Shown: one piece after another, positions 37,433 to 50,400 of the stretch
Position numbering within the stretch: the first letter of the stretch is position 1
How the letters are laid out: each line of letters starts with the position of its first letter
DNA from: Octopus bimaculoides
Lineage: Eukaryota
Length of the DNA: 58,801 nt
Reading direction: 5' to 3'
Assembly: GCF_001194135.2 (NCBI RefSeq)
Contig: NC_068982.1
Span: forward strand, 75,373,200-75,432,000
The notes under the pieces: model-generated
The model's input: the letters and a program-made list of their open reading frames with translations, nothing else
Told to the model about the DNA's origin: nothing
Databases searched by the model: none
Made by a program: the position numbers and the translations under genes

Positions 37433-39674
37433 CTGGAAAAAGAAGAAATAATTACATGAAAGTCACTTTTGACAAGATGGCAGTTGAAGGAAAATACCTC
37501 ATTAGGGGGTATCTCATCATTTAATGCCCACTTTTCCATGCTTGCATGAGTCAGATGAAATTTGTCGAGACAGATTTTTTTTTGGCAAGATGCTCTTCCT
37601 GTTACCAACCAAAATAATATTTTCTCTTAGCTAGACAGGTTTTCTACAGAAGACTAGAAATGAACAACATTGCTTGTATACTGATCATATTCATTTACAA
37701 CAAACATATGTCAAGACTAGGGTACACACAAACACACACACAATGGGCTTCTTTCAGTTTCCATCTACAAAATCCAAGGCTATAGTAGAAAACACTTGCC
37801 AAGGGGCCACACAGTGGGAAGCAAGCTTCTTAATGACATAGCCTCATCAGCACCCTATACTAAATACAAATATAGCAGGGCCTTATATATGTAAAACAGT
37901 GAGTTACAACAGTTTTTTTCTCGTTAACAGAGATTACCCATACTATTTATTAGTGGACAAAACTTCCTCTGGAGATGTTTAAAATCTGAAAACAATAGTC
38001 AAGGGAGTTAACTCCAATACGATCAGGTGGTGGAAGGTTTTTAAACAATGTGAATTCGACAAAGATCTGGTCTTTAAAGCTGATTGATAAAAGTTGGCTT
38101 TAAAAACAACCTGATCCTCTCTCAACTGCCCACCTCAAATCTGCAAATGTACTTTTATCAAATATCTTTAAGCAACTCATCATATTGGAATTAACTCCCT
38201 TGACTGTTTTCTATATTATACACCTCTTCAGAGAATTCTTGTGCACTAATTATTGGTATAATCTTAGTTCATTGAAGTTTTTTTGCAAGTTACTGTATTA
38301 AATATGCAAGACCCTACTGTATAAGTGAGTGAAAGGGAAGAGAGAGAGACAGCTAGAGAGGGAGGGAGAAAGAGAAAAAGAAAGGAGGGAGAGATATAGA
38401 ATGAGACAGGTAGAGGAAGTTTTTCCACAAAATGAAAATATTAGATGCTTTAACAATCCATAATGAGGTTGATAAGCATCTCTTAATTCATATTACAAAT
38501 ATAACAAGAGATTTTTATTTTAATTTTATAAAAATAAATCAAAGCTTTTCGAACATGTTTGTATTTTTTATTTTACTTTATTTTGTTTTGCATTCAGTAG
38601 GACGGTCTTACGTGGGCTTATTTTGTTATAAATCTTATATTAAAAATACCAAGAATATTTAAATGGTCATGTGGTTAAGTAGATTGCTTCCCAATCACGT
38701 GGTTTCAGGCTCAATCATGTAATGTGGCACCTTGGACCAGAGTCTTCAACTATAGGCCGAGGCTGACCAAAGCTAGTGAGTGGATTTGGTGGATGGAAAC
38801 TGAAAGAATCACTTACACACATACATACATATATATAATATTCATATAGAAGTTTGTGTTTGTATATCATTGTCTGATATCATATAATGGCTGTAAATGA
38901 GCATCACCATCATACAAGCGGTGTTGTTTGATTCGAATCTTCTGTGAAAAACAGGTCTGGCCATGGGGAGATATTACCTTGCTTGAAAACAGGTGAAGAT
39001 TGGCAACAGGAAAGGCACTTGTATGTAAAAAATCTGTTGCAACAAATTTTGTGTGACCCAGGCAAGCATGGAAAAGTGGGTGTTAAAACAATGATGGTGA
39101 TGATAATAAAAAGGTGTAAGACAATTTAGTCTAGATTACTGAAATGATAGCTCAGTCTTGAAGTGCATGATTTAGCATTTTACATCTGAATAGCAACCCC
39201 TATCGTTAATATCTCAACCATGAAGGAAGGAGTGAAATTTATTTTGTCATTCTGATTAACTGAAGCAAGCAGAATTATTTGTCTTTCCCATAGTTGTAAT
39301 GCAAAAATGGAATAAAAATAAAATGTTTGAAGTCATGACTCAACAATCAAATGTCTAGTATTCTTGCACACAATTACATTGTGAAATATTTATATCAAAT
39401 GTTACAAGGAACATTGACAGTGACTTTGAGGTACAATGATAAAAAAAATTTTATACATATAACTTCACATAAAAACAATATAATTAAAGAGTGAAATAAG
39501 CATCAGGGATACTTTGCTTCATTCAGGAGCTACTCAAAGGTATTGCAAGATCTTCTGAATCCACTGCAACATGGCAGACTTTTCCACATTATCATCAGGT
39601 ATCTTAGGGCCACAAGTGTTTTGCCCCTTAGCCTGTACGCTTCACCTACAGAAAGATTCCACCTAAGGTCTCTT

Positions 39675-39894
39675 ATTTCTTTATTGGAGCTAAACATAGA
39701 GGGGACAAACAAGGACAGACAAAGGGATTAAGTCGATTACATCGACCCCAGTGCGTAACTGGTACTTATTTAATCGACCCCGAAAGGATGAAAGGCTAAG
39801 TCGACCTCGGCGAAATTTGAACTCAGAACGTAGCGGCAGACGAAATACCGCTAAGCATTTCGCCCGGCGTGCTAACGTTTCTGCCAGCTCGCCG
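39675..39894 (-). mobile_element. family C SINE with perfect 16-bp target-site duplication
   Basis: ccacctaaggtctctt at 39659-39674 and 39895-39910; CpGs retained. Confidence 0.9.
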
Positions 39895-41329
39895 CCACCT
39901 AAGGTCTCTTGTCAACACTAACCCTAACCTGGATTCAGTTGCCATGCCTATCTCCTTGATAGCTTTCTTCAGTTGTTTGGGTTTCAGACCAATCTTCTGC
40001 AGGAAATATTATATCCATCTAACTGGAAAGCTATGGAAACTGACTTCAATAGGGAATGAAGCTGCATGCCATTCTTAACAAGAGCCTTGTCAGTTAAGTC
40101 TTGATATTTGGCTTTCTTCAGTTGGTGAGAAATGATCAGTTAGTCTTCTAGGGAACTGTAAGTGCAACCATAATGATTGTTCTTTTGCTCTTGTAGAGCA
40201 GGAACACGTCTGGTCAGAGTGATGTTACTGCTACCTATATTACTACTTTTAGATATCAAATAATGCCTTTACTACTTTACAAACATTAAATATTTTAATT
40301 ACTATAGTAAATGTAATGTTAGTCCCCTATATTGCTAATCACTTAATTCTGAAGTATGTGTGGGTCAGCGAACCACCATCTATTTACAACTAGACACCAC
40401 ACAACTATTTACTAATCTCATCCTCTTTGGCACTTCAGGTTAACTAATTGGTCACAGTTCTGGCAAAAACTAGCAATGCATGTACTTCATTTCTGACAGA
40501 GATAGCTAAGGAACTGAAGCCATCCTCTTGAGTATATCCCATATTCTTCACACAACTCAAACACTTAACTCCCTAAATCCTCCAACTGGTCCACTCATAG
40601 TTGCAATAAAGCAGTACTTAGCCTGGAAAATATCACCCAGCCCTACAAATTCAATTCAATAGCTTTTGCTCACCACTATAATTCCAGCAAAGCCAATTGC
40701 TCCCTCTAATTCTTTGCTGTGGGTGTGCACAAATAAAAGAGAATCATGTGAGGAAAGAGGATGGTAGTGTATAGTGGGTTTGTAGCTAGATCCACAATGT
40801 CCTACTTGGCAGCAGAAAATGCCTCACAAGGCATGTGGCAGAGGCATGTTTGTGAAAGCCCAGATTCTCAGCAAGTAGTCAAACAAAATAACTGCTGCAT
40901 GATTACAGTTATATCTGACATGGTTTGGTGATTGCATGGATAATGAAGATAAAATTAGCCAGACATTCCCAGGAGGGGTTGATATTGTTGGAAGGTATCT
41001 GAATCAGGGATATCTAGTTAATAGATGATCAATAGAGTATCCAGCAGTTCAATATGTAAAATATAAATAAATATCTGTAAATATGGAATATTGTTACAAA
41101 GTTAAACTATTTGTCTTCATTAAATATTTCTTCACATTTTGCAAATGTGAATATATTTATTTTCCTTACAAACACACACACACACATGACCAAGAAAATG
41201 AACACTGTCAGAAGGTGAAATTGTTGTGATCTCCAGTCAAAATCTTGAGAAGTGAGTGTTCCCACAGTGCCAGCTGTAAACAAAATAATAATATTCAATG
41301 ATGTGTGTGAAATTGTATAAGATACTAAC

Positions 41330-41496
41330 CTTTAGTGTGTAATCCCAGCTACCAGTACACAGAGCTGTACCATCAGGTGATACACCAAGACAGCTAACAC
41401 GGTTTTCATGACCATACAATACACAGATACGGTTGCTCTTAAGGACATCCCATATATTTACGTTATAGTCATTATACCCAGCAAATAGTAACCGAC
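41330..41496 (-). CDS. GNB5: G-protein beta-5 exon (G)[55 protein letters not shown]
   Basis: 167 nt, tgtgtag|GT and AAG|gttagt; WD40 repeats matching Gbeta5-type LFGHENRVS/SPDGTA/GSWD. Confidence 0.95.
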
Positions 41497-42488
41497 CTAC
41501 ACATCACAGACAGAAACAGAGGATAAAGAACAGGATTACAAAAAAAGAAAATTATTTGTAAAAAGACATATCAACATAATATAACATTCACATTTAACAC
41601 ATTCAAGTGCACTTGGATGTGATAAGACTTTTCACTACGGAAATAGCCTTGTGAGAAAATTCTCCACTTAGATATGCATGAAAACATATTTGGAGTTGGG
41701 GGACTACAAGTGATGTCATATTTTTGTAGGATGCATGCATTTCTGTGTTGTTTTGCTTTGTCAGCTATGAAACGAAAATCTGTCACAGCCAGTAAGAATG
41801 AAATTATTTTTATTGAAACAGCATACAGATTGTTGGCTGGTTTACTTCAAACCACATAACTGCTGTCAGACATTAAAAAAACATAGCTTCTACTGTAGGA
41901 TTAACAATGACAGACGAATTCAATATAATAAAGTATTTGGTAAAAATGTTATTTAGTGATGTCTGGAACTAGGGCTTACATTCAATAGATATTTCAGGCA
42001 TCGCTGCGTGGTTTAAGTAGTGTGCTTTACAACCACATGATTTCAGGTTCAGTTCCACTGCAGAGCACCTTGGGCAAGTGTCTTCTACTATAGCTGAGTC
42101 AATCAATTATTTGTGAGTGAACTTGGAAGATGGAAACATCAAAAGCCCATTGTATATATGTGTGTCTATTTATATGCGCATGTGCACGCATGTGTGTGTA
42201 TGTGTATATATGTGACTGTTGCCAGTGCCGCCTGACTGGCCTTCGTATGGTTTTCGAGCGAGATCGTTGCCAGTGCCCCTGGACTGGCTTTTGTGCGGGT
42301 GGCACATAAAAGACACCATTTCGAGCGTGGCCGTTGCCAGTATTGCCTGACTGGCCTTCGTGCCGGTGACACGTAAAAGCACCCACTACACTCTCTGAGT
42401 GGTTGGCATTAGGAAGGGCATCCAGCTGTAGAAACTCTGCCAAATTAGATTGGAGCCTGGTGTTGCCATCCGGTTTCANNNNNNNNNN

Positions 42489-42531
<43 letters not shown>

Positions 42532-42795
42532 CGTGTGTCTGTTCCTTTGAGATTGTCCCCCATGATCACTCGACAACCAATATAGGTCTGTTTACATCAC
42601 CCCCGCAACTTAGTGCTTTGGCAAAAGAGACTGACAGAGTAACTACCAGACTTAAAAATAAGTACTGGGGTTGATTTGCCTGACTAAACCTTTCAAGGTG
42701 TTTCCCCAACACGACTGCAGTCCAATGACTGAAACAGGTAAAAGAAGATGTAAAATCATACCAGAATTTTCAAAAATCCCAAAACAGACACTTAC

Positions 42796-42892
42796 CACTT
42801 AATGAAAATCCTACAGAGTTACAACCAAAAATAATACTTTCTTTTTTATAGCAGTTCACCTCTCGGTCAGCTCGCAAGTCAAATAGTCGACA
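42796..42892 (-). CDS. GNB5: G-protein beta-5 exon [32 protein letters not shown]
   Basis: 97 nt, ttttgcag|TGT and AGT G|gtaagt; [16 protein letters not shown] is Gbeta5-type. Confidence 0.95.
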
Positions 42893-44912
42893 CTGCAAAA
42901 AGAAATGGTTTTACATAATTGTTCTTACAACTGAAAATGCAAATTGCTGAGATGATTAACTACCAGAAACGCAACTGTGTGGTTAGCAGTTTCTATTTTG
43001 TTACTGACACGGTGTTATGTCCATAGCCTGGGTATTTAACTTTAATCACCAGAGATCAACCAGCTTTATTCATTTGTTTCACTTGTTTAACACTTCTGTA
43101 ACCATATTTCTATTGAAATACTCTGCTTTTGTTGTACCTATGAAGGGTCATTATCCTAACAAGCACATGCACTGGTTGTATTTCACTTCCTTGTTATTAT
43201 TATTAGTCAATTAGTTAACCATTTAACCAATTGACTATTCAAGTGTTTGAGTCATTACTTGCCGTTCACAACTTCATCAATGACACACACTTTCAACTCC
43301 AGCTCTGTTTCAGATCTGGCAATTAGTTAAATGATTAACCAATTGACAAAACTGGAGTTCACATCAAGAATCATGCCTTTGTTTTAATTGTTATTTGACT
43401 AAATTTTTCAATTTTCAAAGTTAAGTTCCTTTTTTTTAAAGCTGGTGTTTGGGACATAAATTAAGAAATACTGGTTCTCAAATTTTGGCACAGGGTCAGC
43501 AATTTCAGGGGGCAGGGAGGTAAGTTGAATACATTGATCCCCAGTGTTCAACTGGTACTTATTTTATCTCAAAAGGATGTCATCCTTGGCAGTATTTGAA
43601 CTCAGAATGTAATGTCAGAAGAAATGTTGTTGAACATTTGTTTTTGATGTGGCAATGATTCTACCAGCTATTAACTAGAAACTTTGAATGAAGTTTTCAA
43701 GGACCAAGGATGGTCTTAGGCAGGTTTTTCCATGTTAGCATACGTTGAATGGGGACTTATTTGAAGCAGCTGCATGCTGTTCCTGTCACCAATCCTCAGC
43801 TGCTTTTCAAGTAAGGAATTTTTTTATAATTCTACTGCTCATTGAAAGAACAGAGCAAACTGGCCATAATGTAACAAGGAATGTAAACATTATATCACCA
43901 TTTTGCACAAATGCTGATAAGAGAAGCTATGAAATGTCAACATTTACATGTGTAAGTATGCATACACACATACATGCACAAACAAAAAAGCTTTTTTTCA
44001 GTTTCCATCAAACAAATTCACTCACAAGGTACTGATCAGCCCAGGACTGTTCTGGAGTAAATGTAAATGATATATTAGGTGTATATGGGCCAATGGAACA
44101 GCATCAAAGTATAATTGTCACAAGCTGATATAGATAAGGTAAAAGCTGGAATCTGAGTAAACTAGTGGTGTATATAGTTTTACTAACCTTAATCATATCT
44201 CTCTGTCTTGAATGTCTTTAATTAGAGTTCACTTGGGGACACAAGAGAAATAGCATAAAAGATGTATGGGTAATTTGACACACCCCAATTTTCTGCAGCA
44301 CATATTTAGGCAAAAAAAGGGACTTATTGCATTAAAACTAATAGGAGGCCCAACATTTGCATATAGGACATGGGGTAATTTTTTTGAGACATTTTTAAAA
44401 AAAGAATGTGTCTTAAATGTCCTCAAATACAGTAGTTTGAGTACCTCCTCAAAAGTAATCACAATTAATAGATAAAGGAAAATTGTTCCCAGAAGAAAGG
44501 AACTATCTTAAGAGGAAGCCCCAGGGAAAATTACATGATGTAGATATCATTATTGTTTAACAACTGTTTTCCATGCAGACATGTGTTGGATGATTTGACC
44601 AGAGTTGGCAAACCAGAGAGCTACATCAGGTTCCAGTCTGATTTAGATTGGTTTCTACCGCTGATGTTCTTCCTAATACCAACCACTTTACAGTGTATCT
44701 GGGTGCTTTTAACATGGCACAAATGCGAGTACTTTTATGTAGCACCGACTAAAGTGTTTTTTTACATGTCACCGGCACAGGACTCTCGTCGGCCATTCCT
44801 CTTCACCTATGATGATAAAATTATCAATGGTGATGACAGCATTTAAGGAAGTTGAATGGAGTGATAAAAGACAAGAAATAAAAAAGTGAAGAAGAGAAAC
44901 GAAAAGACTAAC

Positions 44913-45053
44913 CGTTGCATCATCAGAACCAGTAGCAAATGCATCACCACTGGGAAAGAATCTGACTGAATTGATGTCGTTTTCATGGCCTTCAAATACT
45001 TGAGTACATTCACCAGTTCTCATGTCCCATACCATTGCAACTTTATCACAACC
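44913..45053 (-). CDS. GNB5: G-protein beta-5 exon [47 protein letters not shown]
   Basis: 141 nt, phase 0-0, atgacag|GGT and ACG|gttagt. Confidence 0.95.
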
Positions 45054-45341
45054 CTGTCATCAAATAAAGAGAGAAAATGTACATCAATATCATTGCCACC
45101 ATCACCAATGTTACCATCATCATCATTGCCACCATTGCTACCATGATCATCTTCATTATCATTACCAACCATCATCATCTTTAACATCATTGTTTTATGT
45201 TCACTTTCTATGCTAGTATGGGTTGGATAAGTTGAAGATCAAAGTCAACACATATTGTTAGTCACCAAGGTATGTTGGAGGATCAAATCATGTTTATAAA
45301 TTTTAGTTTCTGAAACAGCAACCATAATGATGATGATGATG

Positions 45342-45382
<41 letters not shown>

Positions 45383-46700
45383 CACTATTCAACATGTGTT
45401 TATTGAGGAGTGTTCCATCACCTTTATTTTAATGCACATCTTTCCATGCATGTAATGTTTGGTTAGAATATATTAAGGCAGATTTTCTATGGTTGGATGT
45501 CCTTTTTGTCACTAACCCTTAATTGTTTCAAAGCAAGGTAATGTTTTCCCTCAGCCAAACATGCTTTCTATGGGAGATTCTCCCTGCTTGACATGTAACC
45601 TGTCCTCTGCTGGAATTCCCTTGCAACCCATTTTCCCAACACTTCCACTATCCCACCACCCATGATTACCACCTGGTACAAGCCCCTCCACTCTCCCTCA
45701 CTTGCCTATCTGCACACTCTCCATGCTCTCACATATCTACCATACTCCCCTCCTAGCCACTCCAATTTCTCACCATCACTTGCTACAGTCTCCACTTCTT
45801 CACTAAACATCTCCCATCACCCCTCACACTCTTATGGAACATATCCCTCTACCCCCTCTGTACCACTTATACTTGTCCCCTCAGTTCCCTGCATCTTCAA
45901 CACCACCTGTCTCTCTATCTTTTCCTTTAACTTTCTCTTTCCTCACCTTTCTTTTCCAACTGGGATAGCCAAGAATCGCCTCTATAGTTAGACACCTATC
46001 TCTACCCCACCTATTATAATACTCTAATCTCTCTCCTGGCACAAAGCCACTTCCCTCGGTTCCACTCCTTCCCCCAGCTGAGAGGTCTTCATCTCACAAG
46101 TTACTTGGTGGCCCTGCTGGTGTTGGCGCCACATGGAAAGCAACAGTACTGGAGTCATATAAAAAGCATCCAGTACACTCTGTAAAGCGGTTGGCATTAG
46201 GAAGGACATCAGCCATAGAAACTATGTCAAAACAAATGAACCGGTGCAGCTCTCCTGCTTGTCAGCTCCAGTCAAACCGTCCAACCCATGCCAACATGGA
46301 AGATGGACGTTAAATGATCATGGTGATATATGTACATGCATGTGTGCATGTTGGTGCGTACCCTTGCCTTAACATTATGTGATGGTTGTAAATGAACAGC
46401 ACCATCATACGAGCAGTATTCATTTCCCAGTCTTCAATGAAAAACATGTCTAGCAATGGGGAAATATTACTTTGTTTGGAAACAGGTGAAGGCTGGTGAC
46501 AAGAAAGGCATCTGACAGTAGAAAATCTGTCTCAATAAATTCCATGTGACCCATGCAAACATGAAGAAGTAGATGTTAAAATGATGATAATTTAAATTAT
46601 AATAGTGTAGAAATATTAATTTTATTGACAGTCAGCAGAAAGAAATGTAAATTCTGGTTTTTCCCTTGTCAAAAAAAAATTTGAAAAATCAAGTACTTAC

Positions 46701-46844
46701 TCCAGATACAAACTGGTTACCATTTTCTGAAGGTGAAAGATTAATACTCATAACATCTCCTGCATGTCCATGAAAACTTTGAATCAATTGGCCACTTTCG
46801 ACATCCCACAGTGCACATGTACTGTCTCCACTTCCTGTTAGAAT
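46701..46844 (-). CDS. GNB5: G-protein beta-5 exon [48 protein letters not shown]
   Basis: 144 nt, phase 0-0, tttttag|ATT and GGA|gtaagt. Confidence 0.95.
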
Positions 46845-46940
46845 CTAAAAAAACAAAATGTCAAATGTTTCTTGAAATATTTTATAAGATTTATTTTTTT
46901 TAATTTTAAATTTTGATTTTATCATAAATAAATAATAAAT

Positions 46941-47045
46941 TATATGAATAATGATTTATATATAAATAAAGAATTATATGAATAATGATTCATCACATAT
47001 GAATAATGATTTATATGAACAATGATTTATATGAATAATGATTTA
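46941..47045. repeat. short minisatellite, ~5 copies of tatatgaataatgatt
   Basis: direct reading. Confidence 0.75.
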
Positions 47046-47343
47046 CTAAACCACCTGAGGCTGGCCTTGTTTTAACCCTTTTTTTTACATATTTTTGCTG
47101 AAAAACACTGTCCTTGTTTTAATTAATTTTTAAAATAATGAAGAATTTAGTAAAATAATTTAAACATTATGACATTATCAAGTTACTATTTGGAGTATAA
47201 ACTGACATAAACCTTTGATGGAAGTTTTTAATTTAGATCATTTTATCCATTTGTTACCATATTTCTGTGGACATATACTGCCTTTGTTTCATTTAACTTT
47301 GAAAACTTAAAATATTAAAAAAAAAAACAGCTGTTCAGTTTAC

Positions 47344-47470
47344 CTGTTGATCAGATGTGGTAAATGTACAGCAGGACAAATAACTGGTATGTGTAGCAAC
47401 AGCTTTCTTTTTACTGGCAGGATCTTCATCCAAACTTAGTGGGTAAATGGTACATTTATTGTCCAGACCT
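47344..47470 (-). CDS. GNB5: G-protein beta-5 exon (G)[42 protein letters not shown]
   Basis: 127 nt, ctttttatacag|A and CAG|gtaaac. Confidence 0.95.
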
Positions 47471-47535
47471 CTGTATAAAAAGATAGACAGAAAGTTAGAG
47501 AGAAAGAGAGACAGGAAATATTGAAAAGTGTTTAA

Positions 47536-47751
47536 CCATTTAACATTTCAGAATACTCTGTCAAATGTAATGCTTATTTATTCACATTGGTTTGAATTGA
47601 TCATGCATTATCTTACAGCCTTGAGATTTTGATGATGGGATTGTTTATCCATAAAATGACATTGTAGGTGTAAGAGGCAGGATCTGCATGGTTTGAACAT
47701 ACAACAGGTAGAATTTTGAGGTTGGATATGGCCACTTTAAATGCTAAAGAG
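47536..47751. mobile_element. piggyBac-type MITE copy
   Basis: ttaa|ccattta start, aatgctaaagag end, shared internal sequence. Confidence 0.6.
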
Positions 47752-47789
47752 TTGGAACCTAGTTACACATAACTAACAAAGCTATCACA

Positions 47790-48942
47790 CATACAAATGC
47801 ACAGAGTTTTAAATGCACCCTGTGTGGCTTGCAAATAGAGCCATTGTTACTCAAACAAATGAAGAAGCACAATTTGTGAATGATTTTCTGTTGACTAGGA
47901 TCCCTGGTGAGCTAAAAATATACAGAAGCTCAGATACAGTTGATAATGAAATTTTGTACCCAATCGAGTTCATCAACAAACTTACACCATCAGGGTCTCC
48001 ACCACACATGTTCAAACGGAAGAAATAATGCTTCTGAGAAATTTAGATGCTACTAATGGACATTGCAATGGCACACACTACATCATTATCAGTTTACATG
48101 ATCAGGTTACTGATGCTGAGGTTGCTTCTGGTCCTTATGCAGCATCAACTCTGCTAATCCCAAGAATACCACATGTATCTCAAGAAATGCAATTTCCATT
48201 CACATTTACACATAAACAATTTCCTCTCAAGCCAGCTTTTGCTTTGACATGCAACAAGGCACAGAGACAGACTTTTGAACAAATAGGAATATATCTTCCA
48301 ACACAATTCTTCTCACATAGTGAGCTGTATGTTGCATTATCTAGAGTTCAAAAGAAGGCCAATGTAAAAATATTGGCTGAAAGAAATGGAAACAGTATGA
48401 TTACTGACAATTGTGTCAGCAAGGAGATACTACTTTAAATCAAAATATGCTTTTTAGCAAGTTTCAGTAAATAGAATTAACACATAAATTATATGTAAAG
48501 TAACATATATTTGTGTGTAATTAAATTGTTTTGGCATATTTAAACAGATGCTGAATGAATGATATTGTTATATTAGATCATTTTAAATTTGGGTATATTT
48601 GAAAAAGTAAGGAAACGCCATTCCCATGTGTTCTCACAGCACCAGACTTTTGTGTGTGTGTTCGTCCATCCATCCGTCTGTCTATCTATCTATCTATCTA
48701 TGCATACCTGTGTAAGTTCTACCAATTTTTAATGATAAATATATATAACAGACTGACTCTTTAAAAAAAGAGATTATGATTGTGATAAAATAATGAAAGC
48801 AATATTTACTAAGCAAGTGAGCACTATTATACAATGAAATAATTAGACATAAAATATAAAAATGACTAGAATTGGGAGTCAAATGTGGAAATATTATCGA
48901 GTGGCTAGCAGAAAACTGCCTAGAGGGTGGTCCTTCTGCTAG
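47790..48942 (+). mobile_element. Helitron remnant: PIF1-like helicase C-terminus (frameshifted) plus putative 3' terminus
   Basis: YPIEFINKLTPSG.PPH, MLLRNLDATNGHCNGT, KQFPLKPAFALTCNKAQRQT, SHSELYVALSRV, TDNCVSKEIL; hairpin actgcc-tagag-ggtggt then CTAG|T at 48939-48943. Confidence 0.85.
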
Positions 48943-49550
48943 TAATGATAATAAAAAGAAATGAAATAGGACCAGTGCATGTGTATTATTGGTATAACGA
49001 CCCTCCTGAGATACACCAAAATCACATTAAAAATCTTGCATACCAAATACAAATGAAATATAACAGTGTAATTGATTAAGCTTTCCTTGGATTGGTAGGT
49101 AAAAGTGATTACAGGGAGGAAGTAGCAAGGATGGTCTTGAAGGTTTCTACTCAAAAAAACACAGTGTGTTAGTGCTGGTGTAGAGATACAAACTCACCAT
49201 GGTTTAAATGAAAAAGCTGATATGTTATCCAGTTGGCCATAGATACTGTAGAAATAAATAAATTTAAAGACATCCTAGAATATATAACGACCATATAGGT
49301 TGACCCTCATTGAAACAACTCATGGAAAATATCAGTTATTTTATTTGGTGTAAGAAGATGGCGAAAAATAATGATCAATGATAATAGAAATATATAAAGA
49401 ATTTTGACATAAGATTATTTCAAGTCAATGGAAATGTTAGATACAGACAGCATATATAAAAGCAAGGGAGATACATTCTAAACATATATGTATATACACA
49501 CAAAAATACTGAACAATGAGAATGAGTGCTCAACACTGCATTGGTAGATA

Positions 49551-49824
49551 GATTCTTTATTTGTGTCCTAAAGGTATCATTGGTTTCATGTTAAGAAATA
49601 TCTTAACGATTTTTCAAGCCAATCACAAAGAAAAATTGGTGTTCGTTCTCCTTCATTTCTTGTTTTTGTTTACTGAAAATCCTTACATGATCTCAGTGTA
49701 ACTTTCCATGTTCTAATCCAAAATGGAGACAAACACCAATTTTTCTTTGCGATTGGCTTAAAAAAAACGTAAGATATTTCTTAATATGAAACCAATGGTA
49801 GCCTTAATACACAAATAAAGTATC
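49551..49824. repeat. inverted repeat (~100-bp arms, ~72-bp spacer) with hammerhead-like TTGAAAA...GAAACCAATGGTA arms
   Basis: arms 49551-49651 and ~49725-49824; stem GTTAAGA-TATT-TCTTAAC. Confidence 0.8.
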
Positions 49825-50149
49825 TTTATGTATGTATATATATATACACATATATGTATAAAAAGAAAGCACACAAATGGGTTAATGTGAACATTAACCA
49901 ATTCATGTTCTTTCCTTATGTAAACGCCACATCTGGTTCCTTCCCTACATTGGATTTGGAACCCGCAGTTGATTGCAATGCTGCATACTGGCCAGCATGT
50001 GTGTGTGTACAATTTCATATACCTGTATATTTACACGGATGTGTATATTAATTTGTTCAGATGCATGTGGATGTAATCCCGACCATAAATTGGCATCCTT
50101 GTTTTTAAAATACCTCAATTGAAATGAATCCCGCATACAATTAATATGT

Positions 50150-50400
50150 GGAGGCGCTTGGCTTAGTGGTTAGGGTGTCAGCATCATGATCGTAAGATTG
50201 TGGTTTTAATTCTTGGACTGGGCAACGCGTTGTGTTCTTGAGCAAAACACTTCATTTCATGTTGCTCCAGTCCATTCAGCTGGCAAAAAATGAGTAACAC
50301 TGCAATCGACTGGCATCCCGTCCAGCTGAGGAACACATACACCATTGAAACCGGGAAACCGGGCCCATGAGCCTGGCTAGGCTTTATAAGGGCACATTTA
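50150..50400 (+). mobile_element. tRNA-derived SINE (family D)
   Basis: ggaggcgcttggcttagtggttagggtgtcagc head with A-box-like motif; homologous to 8512-8745. Confidence 0.7.

Noticed and set aside
42808-42816. GNB5 SVGFS where the vertebrate protein has SVDFS (from memory), as a possible editing-related change
   Set aside because: The codon is GGA, not one A-to-G step from an Asp codon, and the position varies among G-beta proteins.
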